DNA of 64,000 bases from Rebecca billardiae RCC1528 (Eukaryota > Protista > Haptophyta). Shown here in pieces: positions 1 to 11,560 of the stretch. The position numbers and the translations under genes were made by a program. Below the pieces are notes generated by a model. The model ran no database searches. It was given only the letters and a program-made list of their open reading frames with translations, and was not told the DNA's origin. The stretch spans positions 372,001-436,000 of the forward strand of contig OZ251223.1 in NCBI GenBank assembly GCA_965240325.2. Reading direction: 5' to 3'. Each line of letters starts with the position of its first letter. Positions within the stretch are counted from its first letter, which is position 1.

Positions 1-483
1 GCAGCCCGGACTGCGTGACGTCCGCGTCCGCCACCGCCACCGCCACCGCCTCCGCCACAGCCTTCGCCCGCCCCGCCCCCCAGCGCCGGTCTCACCACCC
101 AGGCGGCGCCCCGGGGCCGGCGCGCGCTGCGCCGCCCGCGCGTGCCGCCTCGAGCGACCAGCCGCCGCCGTCGCCGCCGTCGTCGGCGGCGATCGCGGCG
201 GTGAGCGGCGAGGGCGGCAGCCCGTCGGGCGGCGGCGGCGGCGCGCCACCGCCCTCCGCGCCGCCCTTCGACGCCGAAATCTCACGCCGCTGCCTCCGAC
301 CCGCCCCGCCGCGCCGCGCGGGCGAGCGCTCGCGGATGACAAACCCTGGCTGGGCGGCGGCGTGGGCGGCGAGGCGACGCTCCCTCCGCCGCCGACGGAG
401 GAGGTGACGGAGGGCGTGCGCGCGAGGTCGGCGGCAGTGTGCGCGGCGGCGCTGGGCGAGTGCGCCAGCCAGCCGCTCGGGCA

Positions 484-1212
484 TCACGTGCCCCGCCGCC
501 GCCCAGGCTCCCGCGCTCGATCGGCCGCGCGCCACGCCGCCGCGCGGTGCGAGCGCAGACAGAGGCCTGTTGACCGGTAGGTCAGATTAGCGATGCAGCC
601 TGCGGAGAGGGTGGCGCACGCGTCGGACTCGGCAGCGTCGAGCGCGCAGTGCGCGATCACCTCGAGCAGCAGCTGCGCCACCTCGTACGCGCGCAGCGTC
701 GGCGCGTCCGGCCGCATCACCTGGCACTGCCCACATGGCCCACAGCGAGCACAGCAGCACACTGCCAGCGTAGATACGCCGTTGGCGCGCGGCGCGGCGG
801 CGGCGGCCGAACCGGCGGCGGCGGCGCGCGGGCGGCCGCCGCCAGCGAAGGTGAGGACGGACATGCCGTCCGGCGCGCCTCCCTCGTCCGCGCCGCCACC
901 ACCGCCCTCGCTCCTTTCAGCCGCCGCCCCCGCCGCCTCCGCCTCCGCCTCCGCCGCGCATGCCGCCGCGCCTGCGCGCGCCGCTCGCGCGTGCGCAGCA
1001 ATGCCAATGGACGCCACAATGCCCTGCACCAGCGGCTCGAGCTCGAGCTGGCGGAGCGCGTCGAGGCCCTGGTTGGTGACGAAGGGCGAGGCGGCCGAAC
1101 CGCCGAGCGCCGCGCTCACCTGCGGTGACGCGCTACGCAACACCGCGGCCGCCCGGCCGCGCGAAAAAAATCGGATTGCGCCATCCGGGCCAAGCGGAAG
1201 CATTGTCAGCAA
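484..1212 (-). other. Possible gene fragment (Ala/Gly-rich), 5' part apparently interrupted by the foldback element at ~1207
   Basis: Coding-like stretches (SPFVTNQGLDALRQLELEPLVQGIVASI; TLRAYEVAQLLLEVIAHCALD) but no recognisable domain; exon structure could not be resolved. Confidence 0.25.
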
Positions 1213-1228
1213 GGGCCGCCCGCCCGGG

Positions 1229-2277
1229 TCAGGTCTCGCCGATCCAGCGGAGTCCGGCGCCGGAGCTTTTCCATGGCAGATTTTTGGAGCGGAGCGGCCG
1301 CGCGGGGCCGCTCGGGGCGTGCACGGCGTGGGCTCGTGCGGCCGCTGCTGCGCACGCCGAGCGATCTGGCGCGGTCTCGCGGCTTGTTGATGGCCTCGCG
1401 CGCCGCAGCGCCCCGCGCGCCTTGCCTAGCTTCACCTGTCTCGCGCCTCGGCCGCCATGCACGCATGCGCCGCCAAACCGCAAGCTCGGCGTGCCTCTCA
1501 GCCGAGCGTGCACGTGCCTTGCGCGACGCGACGCGGGCATTGCCGCCGGGCGATGTAGGCGTAGTGTGAACGCGCGCCGTGAAGCCTCGGCGCGGATCGA
1601 GAGTGTCTTCAACGTCTCGGTCAGCTGTCGACAACTGCTGACGGCACCAACCACCAATGGACATCACTGGCCTCCTTTGAACGAAGGGCTATCGCGACGT
1701 TGCAACTCGTGAAGACTAGTCGAGCGTTGTAGCCATGAAGACATACGCCATTATGACGCGCGTGCAGGCCTTGCGTGACGATGCGGCGTGACAATCGCCC
1801 CGGCAAGAGAGTCAGTCGTCAAGCTTTCAGCACTGCTCAACGCACAGACTGTCCACGCGCGCACGCGGCATCATTTCATTGCTCTCGATCCGTGCAGAGG
1901 CTTCACGGCGCACGCTCACACTACGCGTACATCGCCCGGCGGCAATGCCCGCGTCGCGTCGCGCAAGGCACGTGCGCGCTCGGCTGAGAGGTATGCCGAG
2001 CTTGCGGTTTGGCGGAGCATGCGTGCACGGCAGCCGATGCGCGAGAACGGCGAAGCCAGGCAAGGCACGCGGCGCGCTGCGGCGCGCGAGGCCATCAACA
2101 AGCCGCGAGCCCGCGCCAGATCGCCCGGCGTGCGCAGCAGCGGCCGCACGAGCCCACGCCGTGCACGCCCCGAGCGGCCCGCCACAGTGGCGGCGGCCCC
2201 GCGCGGCCGCTCCGCTCCAAAAATCTGCCATCATGGAAAAGCTCCGGCGCCGGACTCCGCTGGATCGGCGACCCTGA
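1229..2277. mobile_element. Foldback/MITE-like element with ~375-395 bp imperfect inverted arms
   Basis: ~1229-1603 is the reverse complement of ~1883-2277 (e.g. gatccagcggagtccggcgccggagcttttccatg vs catggaaaagctccggcgccggactccgctggatc), with scattered substitutions and indels and a ~280-bp spacer. An outer 11-bp inverted pair is also present (1207-1217 / 2298-2308). No clean TSD seen. Confidence 0.75.
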
Positions 2278-2794
2278 GCAACCACCCTTGGCACAAGGGC
2301 CCTTGCTGGTGAGCAGGGCATTGTGTTTTTTTTAAATTCCCCTTTATAACGGGCTCCGGGTGATCAGACTGGCGGCCGAAGCCTCCAGCCCTACCCTGGC
2401 CAGCCCCCTGTGTATCTTCAAATCTGGGAACCAGCGCGCACGACAGTATCTGGGTAGACCGAAATGTTCGCCCGAAGGTATCGCGAAACTGTGGGTTCAT
2501 GAATGAAGGTTCGGTTGGGTAGTCGAGATTCGACGCGTGGCCCAGGAACCCAGCGCTTTTGGTTTGTTGCCAACCATTCGAGGCTCCGTCGTGGGGTGTG
2601 AGTTACAAAAGAGGGTTTGGGTTCCTCAAGTGCACCATTTTGAGTGGCCTTCTGCGCTGGGTCACCAATTGCACGTTTTGGGGTGCAAAAGAGCCCGGGA
2701 ACTAAAGAGCACCCCGTTTGGGTACCAGATAGCACTCCATCTGTACCATCTGGGTAGGTGTATTGCGAACGACACTGCGGGCGTGCCGCGGGAT

Positions 2795-4102
2795 ATGGCC
2801 GAGGCGGTGCGTTTGTACCGGCTGGCGGCCAAGCAGGGCAATGCAGGTGCGCAGTACAGCCTGGGCTTGTGCTACGATCACGGTGAGGGCGTGCTGCAGG
2901 ACTGGGCCGAGGCAGTGCGCTGGTACCGGCTGGCGGCCAAGCAGGGCAATGCAGCAGCGCAGTACAATCTGGGGGTGAGCTACCAGAAGGCCGAGGGCGT
3001 GCCGCATGACTGGGACGAGGCGGCGCGCTGGTACCGGCTGGCGGCCGAGCAGGGCGACGCAAAGGCGCAGTACCAGCTGGGCCTGTGCTGCGCGCTCGGC
3101 AGGGGCATGACGGAGGACGAGGCGGAGGCGGTGCGCTGGTACCGGCTGGCGGCCGAGCAGGGCGAATCAAAGGCGCAGTTCCGCCTGGGCCTGTGCTGCG
3201 CACTCGGCGAGGGCGTGCAGCAGGACTGGGCCGAGGCGGCGCGCTGGTACCGGCTGGCGGCTGAGCAGGGCCACGCAGAGGCGCAGTACAATCTGGGCAT
3301 GTTCTGCAAAGGGGGCATTGGGGTGCCGCAGGACTGGGCGGAGGCGGCGCGCTGGTACCGAATGGCGGCTGAGCAGGGCCACGCAGAGGCGCAGCATCAT
3401 CTGGGCGTGTGCTGTGAGAACGGCGAGGGCGTGCCGCAGAATTGGGCGGAGGCGGCACGCTGGTACCGGCTGGCGGCTGAGCAGGGCCACGCAAAGGCGC
3501 AGCATCATCTGGGCGTGTGCTGCGCACAAGGCAATGGCGTGCCGCAGGATCGGGCAGAGGCGACGCGCTGGTACCGGCTGGCGGCCGAGCAGGGCCACAC
3601 AGGTGCGCAGTTCGCCCTGGGTGTCCGCTATGGACGAGGCGTGGGTGTGGCGCAGGACATTGGAGAGGCGACGCGCTGGTACCGGCTGGCAGCGGACGCA
3701 GGATGCGCAGAGGCTTCCCGCGATCTGGGGCGTCTGCTGCTGGCGGGTGCAGGCGGCGTGGAGCGTGGGTTGGGCGAGGGCGCTGGGCTGCTGTGCCAAG
3801 CCCACGAGCTCGACAGCTCTTTGGACCCAATGCTGGTACTCACCGAAATGGCTGGGGAGCGAGAGGTGGTGTCCCAGTGCTGCATGGTGTGCGCCAAGAC
3901 GGGTCGTGGTCTGAGGAAGTGCAACCGGTGCTATGTGGCGGTGTTCTGCTGCCGCGAGCATCTGCAGCGCGCGTGGAGGGTGCACAGGCCGTACTGCAGT
4001 GAGTGGTGCGCAGCAGAAGCGCCTGCCAGCACTATCTCATTGGATGACGGTGAGACGCCGCAAGGAGGTGCAGGACGCGGCGGTACCTCTCGGGTCGGAT
4101 GA
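2795..4102 (+). CDS. Sel1-like repeat protein with C-terminal MYND zinc finger (5' end uncertain)
   Basis: Nine 36-aa SLRs (AQYxLGxxYxxGxGVxQDxAEAxRWYRLAAEQG) at 108-bp period, then CMVC...KCNRCYVAVFCCREH...WRVHRPYC (MYND). First ATG at 2795; a degenerate repeat lies upstream in the same open frame; intronless. Confidence 0.85.
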   Translation: MAEAVRLYRLAAKQGNAGAQYSLGLCYDHGEGVLQDWAEAVRWYRLAAKQGNAAAQYNLGVSYQKAEGVPHDWDEAARWYRLAAEQGDAKAQYQLGLCCALGRGMTEDEAEAVRWYRLAAEQGESKAQFRLGLCCALGEGVQQDWAEAARWYRLAAEQGHAEAQYNLGMFCKGGIGVPQDWAEAARWYRMAAEQGHAEAQHHLGVCCENGEGVPQNWAEAARWYRLAAEQGHAKAQHHLGVCCAQGNGVPQDRAEATRWYRLAAEQGHTGAQFALGVRYGRGVGVAQDIGEATRWYRLAADAGCAEASRDLGRLLLAGAGGVERGLGEGAGLLCQAHELDSSLDPMLVLTEMAGEREVVSQCCMVCAKTGRGLRKCNRCYVAVFCCREHLQRAWRVHRPYCSEWCAAEAPASTISLDDGETPQGGAGRGGTSRVG

Positions 4103-4963
4103 GAGGGTGTCGAGCTTATTCGTCTGAGAGTAGGAAAGTAGAATTGCGCGGCACTGACTCCGAGATGATCACGATGATGAAAGTGAGTCATAAGTCATAC
4201 TATCGTACTACAGTATGTCGTCGGTAGCAAAGTGACGTCCTCTCATCTGATCGGATTAAAATTCATCGTCATCGTCTATATTGCTACATACTCTGATTGT
4301 CATCATCATCATCGTCGTCGTCATATACTAGTAATCTTATTATTATTATTCAGCAGACTTCATCCTCAGTGTCACGGGGCCTCGGACTGTGGCCAGTGCG
4401 GGCGGGCACGCTGCGTGCTCATCCGACAATCTTTGTCAGCGGCACCGTGACGCCACGACACCGTTCACACCGTGGCGCGGCACCGCGGTCGCCATCAGAG
4501 TCTCGGCAATGGCATCATCAGCACTACGTAGCAGCTGTATTACTACGAACGTCGTCAGCAGCTAGTTGTACTGTAGTAACTAACTAAGTCTAACTATTGG
4601 CCAGTTCGGTGATGTTACTTATGAGTGATGCTTAGTCGACTGACGCGTACCGCGCCGTAAATCGCTTATTGCTATGCATGTATCATAACGACTTGCTGAT
4701 GCCGATGCGCGCGCCACAGTATTAGCAGTGCCCGACTAGTACTCTAGTAGGCCGGCCGGACGGCAGAGTCAGAGTGTGCTGAGAGAGCCGTCGGGGCGTC
4801 GGAGGTAGCAGCGGACGCACGGAGTCAGCACTTCAGCGCGCTATCACATTCACTAGGGTCTAGCGCGCGCGGATTATCATATCAGTGCCATCGAGTCCTA
4901 ATATGCACGTACACGTAGTAATACTATATACGTGTCGACTCGTCACGACGCGAGATATTGGCA

Positions 4964-5953
4964 TCACTCAATGCTGATGCTGCGGACTACCGCGGCCGCC
5001 GTGCCGCTCCCGCTGCCGGCGTGTCCGTCAGTGTCACCGACCGCCGCCACCGCGCTCAATGTGCGCAGGTGCGCCGTCTCGCGCGCGAAGCGCTCAAAGC
5101 CCTTGCGCTCGAAGAGCACCACTGTGTCTAGAGGGCGGATGATGCCCTCCTCGACGAACCGGCCGGGCTCAACCAGCCGGCCGCGCTTGCGCCTGGGCCG
5201 GGCCGGGTCGTGCCGGACGCGCGGCGAGACAGAGACGCGTGGCGCCGCACCCGCGACGTCCTCAGCGTGCTCGGTCGGCGCAGGGCCAGCGCCCGGAGGT
5301 GCACCGCCGTCTGCCCCGCTGGGCAGCGCGCGCGTGGACTTTGGGCGGCGAACGTCCTTGGGCGGCACTCCGCCCAGTTTTTTGGAGTGCTCGGCGCAGC
5401 ACATGCGCAGCACGGGCTGGCCGTTGGAGAGCTCCTCGATGTACATCACGAGGCCGTCCGCACGAGCGCGCTCCTTGGCGCACATCGGGTGGAACGCCGT
5501 GCGGCACACGCCGCGCGGGCACACCACGCACGTGCCGCCCCTGCGCGGGCACAGCGAGCAGGTGAACTGTCGACGCTCCGGGAACAGCTTGGAGAGATTG
5601 GCGGCGGCGGCGTTTTTGCCCAGCTCGACGAAGAAGACCTCCTCGAGGGCCTGGCAGCACGCGGTGTGCGCCCACTGCCCGCACGTGGTCGGCTCGAGCG
5701 CGCCGCCGCTGCGCTCACAGATCGCGCAGGTGACGTCAACCCCTCTGGCCTGGCTCCGCGCGCCCGCTGCGCACGGTCGGCACAACCACTCACCCTCGGG
5801 CACGGTGGGGACGGAGTAGCACGACTGGCACACTGTAATGTCGCAGCCGTCGCAGAAGACGATCAAGTCGAACGGCTCCGACTCCTCGTTCCCGCAGATG
5901 ACGCAGGAGTCATCGATCTCGGGCCCGTCGTCGTCGTCGTCGGTCGCTCCCAT
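4964..5953 (-). CDS. PZP (PHD-Zn knuckle-ePHD) protein, BRPF/JADE/Nto1-like module
   Basis: CVICGNEES...IVFCDGCDITVCQSCYSVPTVPEGEWLCRPC; CAIC..SGGALEPT..GQWAHTAC; CSLC...GTCVVC...CRTAFHPMCA. Start chosen at MGATDDDD (5953). Confidence 0.85.
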   Translation of the reverse strand: MGATDDDDDGPEIDDSCVICGNEESEPFDLIVFCDGCDITVCQSCYSVPTVPEGEWLCRPCAAGARSQARGVDVTCAICERSGGALEPTTCGQWAHTACCQALEEVFFVELGKNAAAANLSKLFPERRQFTCSLCPRRGGTCVVCPRGVCRTAFHPMCAKERARADGLVMYIEELSNGQPVLRMCCAEHSKKLGGVPPKDVRRPKSTRALPSGADGGAPPGAGPAPTEHAEDVAGAAPRVSVSPRVRHDPARPRRKRGRLVEPGRFVEEGIIRPLDTVVLFERKGFERFARETAHLRTLSAVAAVGDTDGHAGSGSGTAAAVVRSISIE

Positions 5954-6312
5954 TGCTGATTTCGATCGATTTCGTCTCAACGGTTTCATCATGTCGAGGT
6001 CGGTCCAATCAAGGGGCTTACAATAAAATGGTATTTTGTATAAAAGCGCCCCTTGATAGAACCAAATGCGCCCGCAATCGTGGCGGCGGACATATGTCAC
6101 GACATGAAGCATCAGCATTGTTGCCACTGTCATCAGTCATGCAATGACTTGGCTACTTAGATCAAGGGGTTGAGATAATCGTCATTAAAGTACTTGTCAT
6201 AGTTGTACGTAGGCGAGACAGTGAGTGACAATGAGTCGCATGCTCACCGAGTCACGGAGCCGCGTGATGATGTCCGCAAGCTGCTCGTCATGATGCCAGC
6301 TCACGAGTCAAG

Positions 6313-8995
6313 TCAGCCCGGCACGCGTGTGACGATGCGCGCAGGCTGCGACACGCGCGGCACCGCTGGCTGGCTGTCGGCGCGCGCGCGGCCAGCCTGC
6401 GCGCCCACGGTCACTGACACCGGCGCGTGCCCGAGCGCCGTCGGCAGCGCCGGCTTGCGCGGCACCGGGATGCGGCTGGCCGGTGCGGCGGGCAGCGTGT
6501 TCGAGCGTCGCAGGGGCGGCTGGATGAGCACCGGCGGCGTCGGCCGGCTCGGCGCCGCGCGCGCGCCGCCCACGCTGCCGCGCGCGCCGCGCGCGCCGCC
6601 CATCGTCACGGGCAGCGGGATCGCCGTGCCCGCGCTCCCCGCCTTCGCGGACGGTACGTGCGGCATCGAGTTGAGACGCACCGGCCGAGCGCGCCGCTCG
6701 CCCAGCAGCTCGTCCGAGCGCTGGCGCGCCGCGAGCGGGCGCGAGTCGGCGCGCACTCCGGTGGAGGAGGCGTGGCGCGCGAGCGCGGCGGCGGCGCCGG
6801 GTCCGGCCAGGTCGGCGCTGTCTGTGGCGGAGCCCTCGCCGTCGCTCCCCGCCTCGAGCTGCTGCTGCGCCTGCTGCTTGATGAGCGTGCGCACGTGCGC
6901 GGCACACCAGCCCCGGATGGCTTCCAGCCGCAGCGGGGCGGCGGCAGAGCTGGGACCAGGAAGCCTGGTGCGGCGGTGGGCCAGGTGCGTGGCATGGGGG
7001 CACCCCCATGGGGGCATAGGGTGGCCAGCGCAGCGCTGGCTGGGGTCAGCGCGCCGCACGCGCGCGGGGGGCTGGACGCGGCGGGGCGGGCGGCAGTCGC
7101 AGCACGAGGCGAATGGCTGCACGCGCGGAGCCGCCGCACGGGCGACGCCCGCGCGCAGGCGCGCGCGAGATCAGATCTCGAGATCGCGCGAGATCAGATC
7201 TCGAGATCGCGCGAGATCGCGCAAGATCGCACCTCGAGATCGGGTTGCAGCCGCGCAGGTCCAACAGCGCATACGCGAGCGCGCGCCCGACCTCGCCCCA
7301 GGTGGCCGGCGTGTACTTGGGCGCGAGCGTGCCCGGCGGCACGGTGGGCGGGCTGAGCCTGCCGCCCCCGCTCCCGCCCGCGCCCTCGCCCAGCCGGTTC
7401 AGCGCGCGCCCGCTGTTGTAGTTGCACTCGAGCGTGTAGCAGTGCGGCACGCCGGTCGCCCGGTACAGCGCGACGCGCGACGAGCCCTCCTTCGAGAGGC
7501 CGTCGCGCCGGTCCTTGCGCACCATGTTCCGCTGCGAGAAGACGCACTGCCCGAACTCGAGGAACTGCGTGCGGGGCCGGCCCAGCCAGCACGGGCGCGA
7601 GGTGCGCGGGCACAGGCGCGGCGTGAGGGCACGCCGCCAGGGGGCGGCGCGTGTGCGCGCGCGCGCCGCGCGCGCGCAGGGGGTGGCGCTGGAGCGCACC
7701 TGCGAGTTGAGCGACACGAGCTTCGCGTACAGCACGACGGAGATCTGCTCGTCCAGGTTGGGCACGCTGTTGCCGAAGAGGAAGCAGCCGCGCTTCGTCG
7801 CGTGCCCGTGCAGGTCGACGTGGAAGCCGAACACGCCGCACGCGTGCAGCTGCTCAATCAGCGCGCGCAGCGCGTAGATGGAGGGCTGCTCGGCCGGGGA
7901 GGGCTGCACGTAGCAGCGGTTGAGGTTGACGCCGCGCGTGTCCGTGCGGTAGAACCCGTGGAACACGCCGTCCGGGTTGAGGCAAGGCACCACCTTGAAC
8001 ACGAAGCGGTCGCGCAGCGCGCGCGCGCGCGGGTCGGCGGGTCGCAGCAGGAGCTCGACGAACCCGTTGAGCACGTGCGACGCGGGCGTCTCGCCCGGGT
8101 GCACGCGCGCGCTGAGCACGAAGGTGGGCTTCCCGTCGAAGGCGTGCGGCCGCGGCCCGCCCTCCGGGAACAGCCCGTCGATCCCCGCCTCGCGCTCCTC
8201 GCGCCGGCCGCGGTGCGACGTGATCGTGAGCAGCTCGACGCGACGCCCCTCAAGCGAGGTCGTCAGCAGCTCGCGCGCAAAGTAGATGTCGGTGGCGGCG
8301 GGGCGGGAGGCACGCTCGGGCGCGGGAGGCTCGCGCCGGCCGGCCCCACCCGTCGCGGCGGCGCCCGCGCCCGCGCCGTGCGACGCTGTGGCCTGCGCGG
8401 GCGCGGGCGCGGGCGCAGGCGCGGCCGCAGCGGGGACGCTCGCGGCCGCCTCCTGGGCCGGCGCGTCCGCCTCCGCGTCCTCGGGCACGGCGGCGCCGTC
8501 GACGTGCGCGAGGCTCAGCCGGTCGAGCATCGACTGGCACTCCGCGTACGACCACGGGTACGCGAACGCAAAGTACACCGGCTCCGCCTCGTCCTCGCTC
8601 TCAAAGCGGTGGCGGAACGTGAGCCGAAAGTCGTCGTCCGCCTTGCTCGTGAGCTTGTATGAAGCGGGCGAGCGGATGCGCTGCCACGGGCCGGACGTGC
8701 CGTTGCGGTAGACGGGGCGGAAGTCGTTCTTGTACAGCCGCGTCTGCACGTTCATGTTGAACACCGTGAGCGTGAGCCATGAGCCCTTCACGCCGCCGGC
8801 CACGGAGAAATGGAACCACGTCTTCGAGGTTGCCTGGAAGGGCGTGCCCGAGCAGTCCGCCGCCGTCCACACGTTGAACTCGTCCGCAGAGCCCGCAACC
8901 GGCTCGACGCGCGCAAGGTTGCCCGAGTCGAAGTCCGCGTCGAACGTGTACCGCCCGAATGTCTGCCGCGAGACGCGGCGCGGGAGCAGCGCCAT
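6313..8995 (-). CDS. AGBL5: Cytosolic carboxypeptidase (M14D, CCP5/AGBL5-like tubulin deglutamylase)
   Basis: FDSGNL, WFHF, ARVHPGE, LNPDGV..G.YR, NLNR, VDLHGH, YTLE motifs. Exons 8995-7700, 7564-7233, 6964-6313 with GT-AG introns. Confidence 0.88.
7165..7241. repeat. GAGATC-rich tandem repeat in CCP intron 2
   Basis: gcgagatcagatctcgagatcgcgcgagatcagatctcgagatcgcgcgagatcgcgcaagatcgc. Confidence 0.75.
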
Positions 8996-9194
8996 CGCCG
9001 CTCCTGCACCAACCTGCACTTTGAAAACGGCCTGGTTTGAGAAAGGCATTTACGGTAATCCTTTTCTTGATTTCGTCTTTCCACTACATTTATATTGATG
9101 GCGGTCATCATTTTCAATTCGTCGCGGCGGCTGCAGACAACAAGCATGGCCAGTGACGTCAGGTACTGTGACTGTCAGTGGCCCAGCGCCGGCC

Positions 9195-10235
9195 TCAGGC
9201 GACGCGATCCGCACGCTCCCAGCCGGGCACCCGCGGCATGGTCACGTGCGCCAGCCCCAGCCGCAGCTCGGGGTCGTCGAGCAGCCGGCCGTCGGCATCG
9301 CGCTGCTCCGAGCTCACCTGCAGCCGTGCGGTCGCGAGCGCGTTGTTCTTAGGGTGGTGGTCGAGCGGCACGCCGTGCGAGAGGAACGAGCCGTGCGAGA
9401 TGACCGCGATGCGCACGAGCTGCCCCTCCCGCTGCCGCGCCTCGACGAGCGCCTGCACGCGCGGGTTGAGCCACAGCCAGCGCAGGAATCGCGCCATGCT
9501 CGGCGGCGAGCAGCCCGCGTTGTCGCCGCGCGGCCCGTCGACAAGATCCCACGCGAGCCTGAGCCGCGGGCCGTGCTTGGCGCGGAGGAAGGCGACCTGC
9601 TCCGCGCGCGGCCTCGGGATGTTCGACTGCCGCGGGATCCCCACCGTGTGCGTCGGGCTCTCCGAGATGAACGGCGCCACCTGGCAGCGCGTCGCCAGGT
9701 TGTTCTCGAGGAACATGTGGTGCGCGGTCTCCATCGCGCGCGTCATCGTCGAGCTGAGCAGCAGGTCGTACCGCCCGACGCCCTCGGCGCGCAGCCGCTT
9801 GCCCGCCTCGCGGCTCACCGTCACGCCCACGGGCGCGAGCTCGGGGTCCCGGTCCGCGACGCACGGGTTGCACAGCACGTAGCGCGCCTTGCGCAGGGCG
9901 CCGCCCTCCATCCGCGCGTTGTTGGTGGACTTGCCGTGCCGGACAAAGGTGATCTCGACGCAGGTCGTGGTCATGGGCAGCGGCTCTGGCGCAATCATCC
10001 GCTGCGAGCGCCAGCGCGCCACCGCGATCGCCACGCCGCCACACAACGCGAGCGCACATGCCGCCCCAATAGCAAGCTCGATCTCAACCGCTGGCGCCGG
10101 CGCGGCGACTGCGAGCGCGATGGCCACCACCACGAGGGCGAGGGCGAGGAGCGCGCCGATCATCGTGAGGAAGCCGATGGCAAAGTCGCTCGCGCCCTTT
10201 GCGAGCAGGCGCGAGCGCTCGTCATGCTCGCTCAT
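9195..10235 (-). CDS. Histidine phosphatase / phosphoglycerate mutase family protein with two N-terminal hydrophobic helices
   Basis: FVRHG, SSTMTRAMETA and VISHG motifs; start MSEHDERS at 10235. Confidence 0.8.
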   Translation of the reverse strand: MSEHDERSRLLAKGASDFAIGFLTMIGALLALALVVVAIALAVAAPAPAVEIELAIGAACALALCGGVAIAVARWRSQRMIAPEPLPMTTTCVEITFVRHGKSTNNARMEGGALRKARYVLCNPCVADRDPELAPVGVTVSREAGKRLRAEGVGRYDLLLSSTMTRAMETAHHMFLENNLATRCQVAPFISESPTHTVGIPRQSNIPRPRAEQVAFLRAKHGPRLRLAWDLVDGPRGDNAGCSPPSMARFLRWLWLNPRVQALVEARQREGQLVRIAVISHGSFLSHGVPLDHHPKNNALATARLQVSSEQRDADGRLLDDPELRLGLAHVTMPRVPGWERADRVA

Positions 10236-11109
10236 CCTCGCTCGGCGCCGCGCCGCGTGGCAGCTGAAATGCGAGCGGCGAGAGGCGCGAGGCGGTGCCG
10301 ATCGGCGCCCCCGATGCGCGCGCTTTTCGATTCCTTGCTGATTTGCTTTTCTGCACGGCGCCACGGCGGTGCTGATTTGAGATTGATCTGGATTGACGAT
10401 GCATGTACAGTTTATCTTGGCAGGTTGCCGCGCCATCCTTCATCGCACGCTCTCCGAAGAGAGACCTGTACCCTGTACATACAGTCTTAACCATGGCACT
10501 GCCTGTGGCGACGACGACGGCGGTTCATGATCAGCCCTGGCATTCGCTCAAGCAGGGGCCGGCATGCAGATCTATGACAGCTCTTTCGGCGGCGGACGAC
10601 GGCGATACACTCACTTATTAACACTGATCGGACGACAGAAGAGTGACTGCGAGACAATAGGAGCCCTGCGGCTGCGTCGTGCCGCATCAACTCGCATGCC
10701 ATACGTGGCCGTGGGTCAGCATCGGCCGGGCAGCCGCGGCCTCTCTGTGACTCGTGAGTCCGAGTCCGACGCTCTGCTCCGTGCTCGGCCGTCGGTGGCG
10801 CGGGGGCGCTCGCGGAGGATGAGCAGAGAGCGGTACATCGAAGGCATGCATCGTGCATTCTAAAGGCGCATCGGCGCGGGCGACGATCGAAGACGCGAGC
10901 TGGCAGCGCGTCTGGTATGTCACGGGCACCACACGAAGCCGCGCACCGGCGTGTGCGCCGCTGAGGGCGGCGCAGGCCGGGCAGCGTCAGTCAGCGAGCG
11001 CGCTGTGGGCCACGCGGAGATGGCGGCCGGCAAGCGCCTGCGGCGCCGCGCCGGTGCACGCCGCCGCGCGTGCGGCGGGGGCGCGAGACTGGAGTGCAGC
11101 GCAGCGCCG

Positions 11110-11127
11110 CTACTCGGCCGTCGTGGC

Positions 11128-11158
<31 letters not shown>

Positions 11159-11504
11159 GCGGGGCCTTGCTTCTTCACCGCCTTGAGCATGCCGTATCGC
11201 ATCAGCCCGGACGTGAAGGCGCGGTGCATGCGCTCGAGGGTGACGCCGTCGCGCAGCGTCTTCCACCACAGGTGCGGCTTGGCCACGACGATCCACGGGT
11301 CCCACACGCCCACCCAGATCGAGTGGCGCCAGGACGGGATCGTCTCCTGATGACGGCAACAAGCCATAGGGTCACAGGGCAGGGGCGAGAGGGCGCGGGC
11401 GCGCACGGCGGCGGTGGGCGCGGCGGACGCGGGGCGTGAGGCGCACTCGGCGGCGCGCAGGGCGGCGGGGCGGCACGCGCGCGCACGCTCCATTCCCACC
11501 CCCA

Positions 11505-11560
<56 letters not shown>

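Noticed and set aside
2340-2410. hAT-like terminus (…cagccccctg)
   Set aside because: No matching partner end or TSD found in the window
2537-2730. N-terminal extension of the Sel1 ORF
   Set aside because: GTG start, non-coding-like composition and no repeat similarity
6203-8662. Long antisense/alternate-frame ORFs (also 12824-14677, 18936-20858, 41465-44101, 50728-52635, 59050-60813)
   Set aside because: Shadow ORFs expected at very high GC; Arg/Ala/Pro-rich, with no motifs, overlapping well-supported genes
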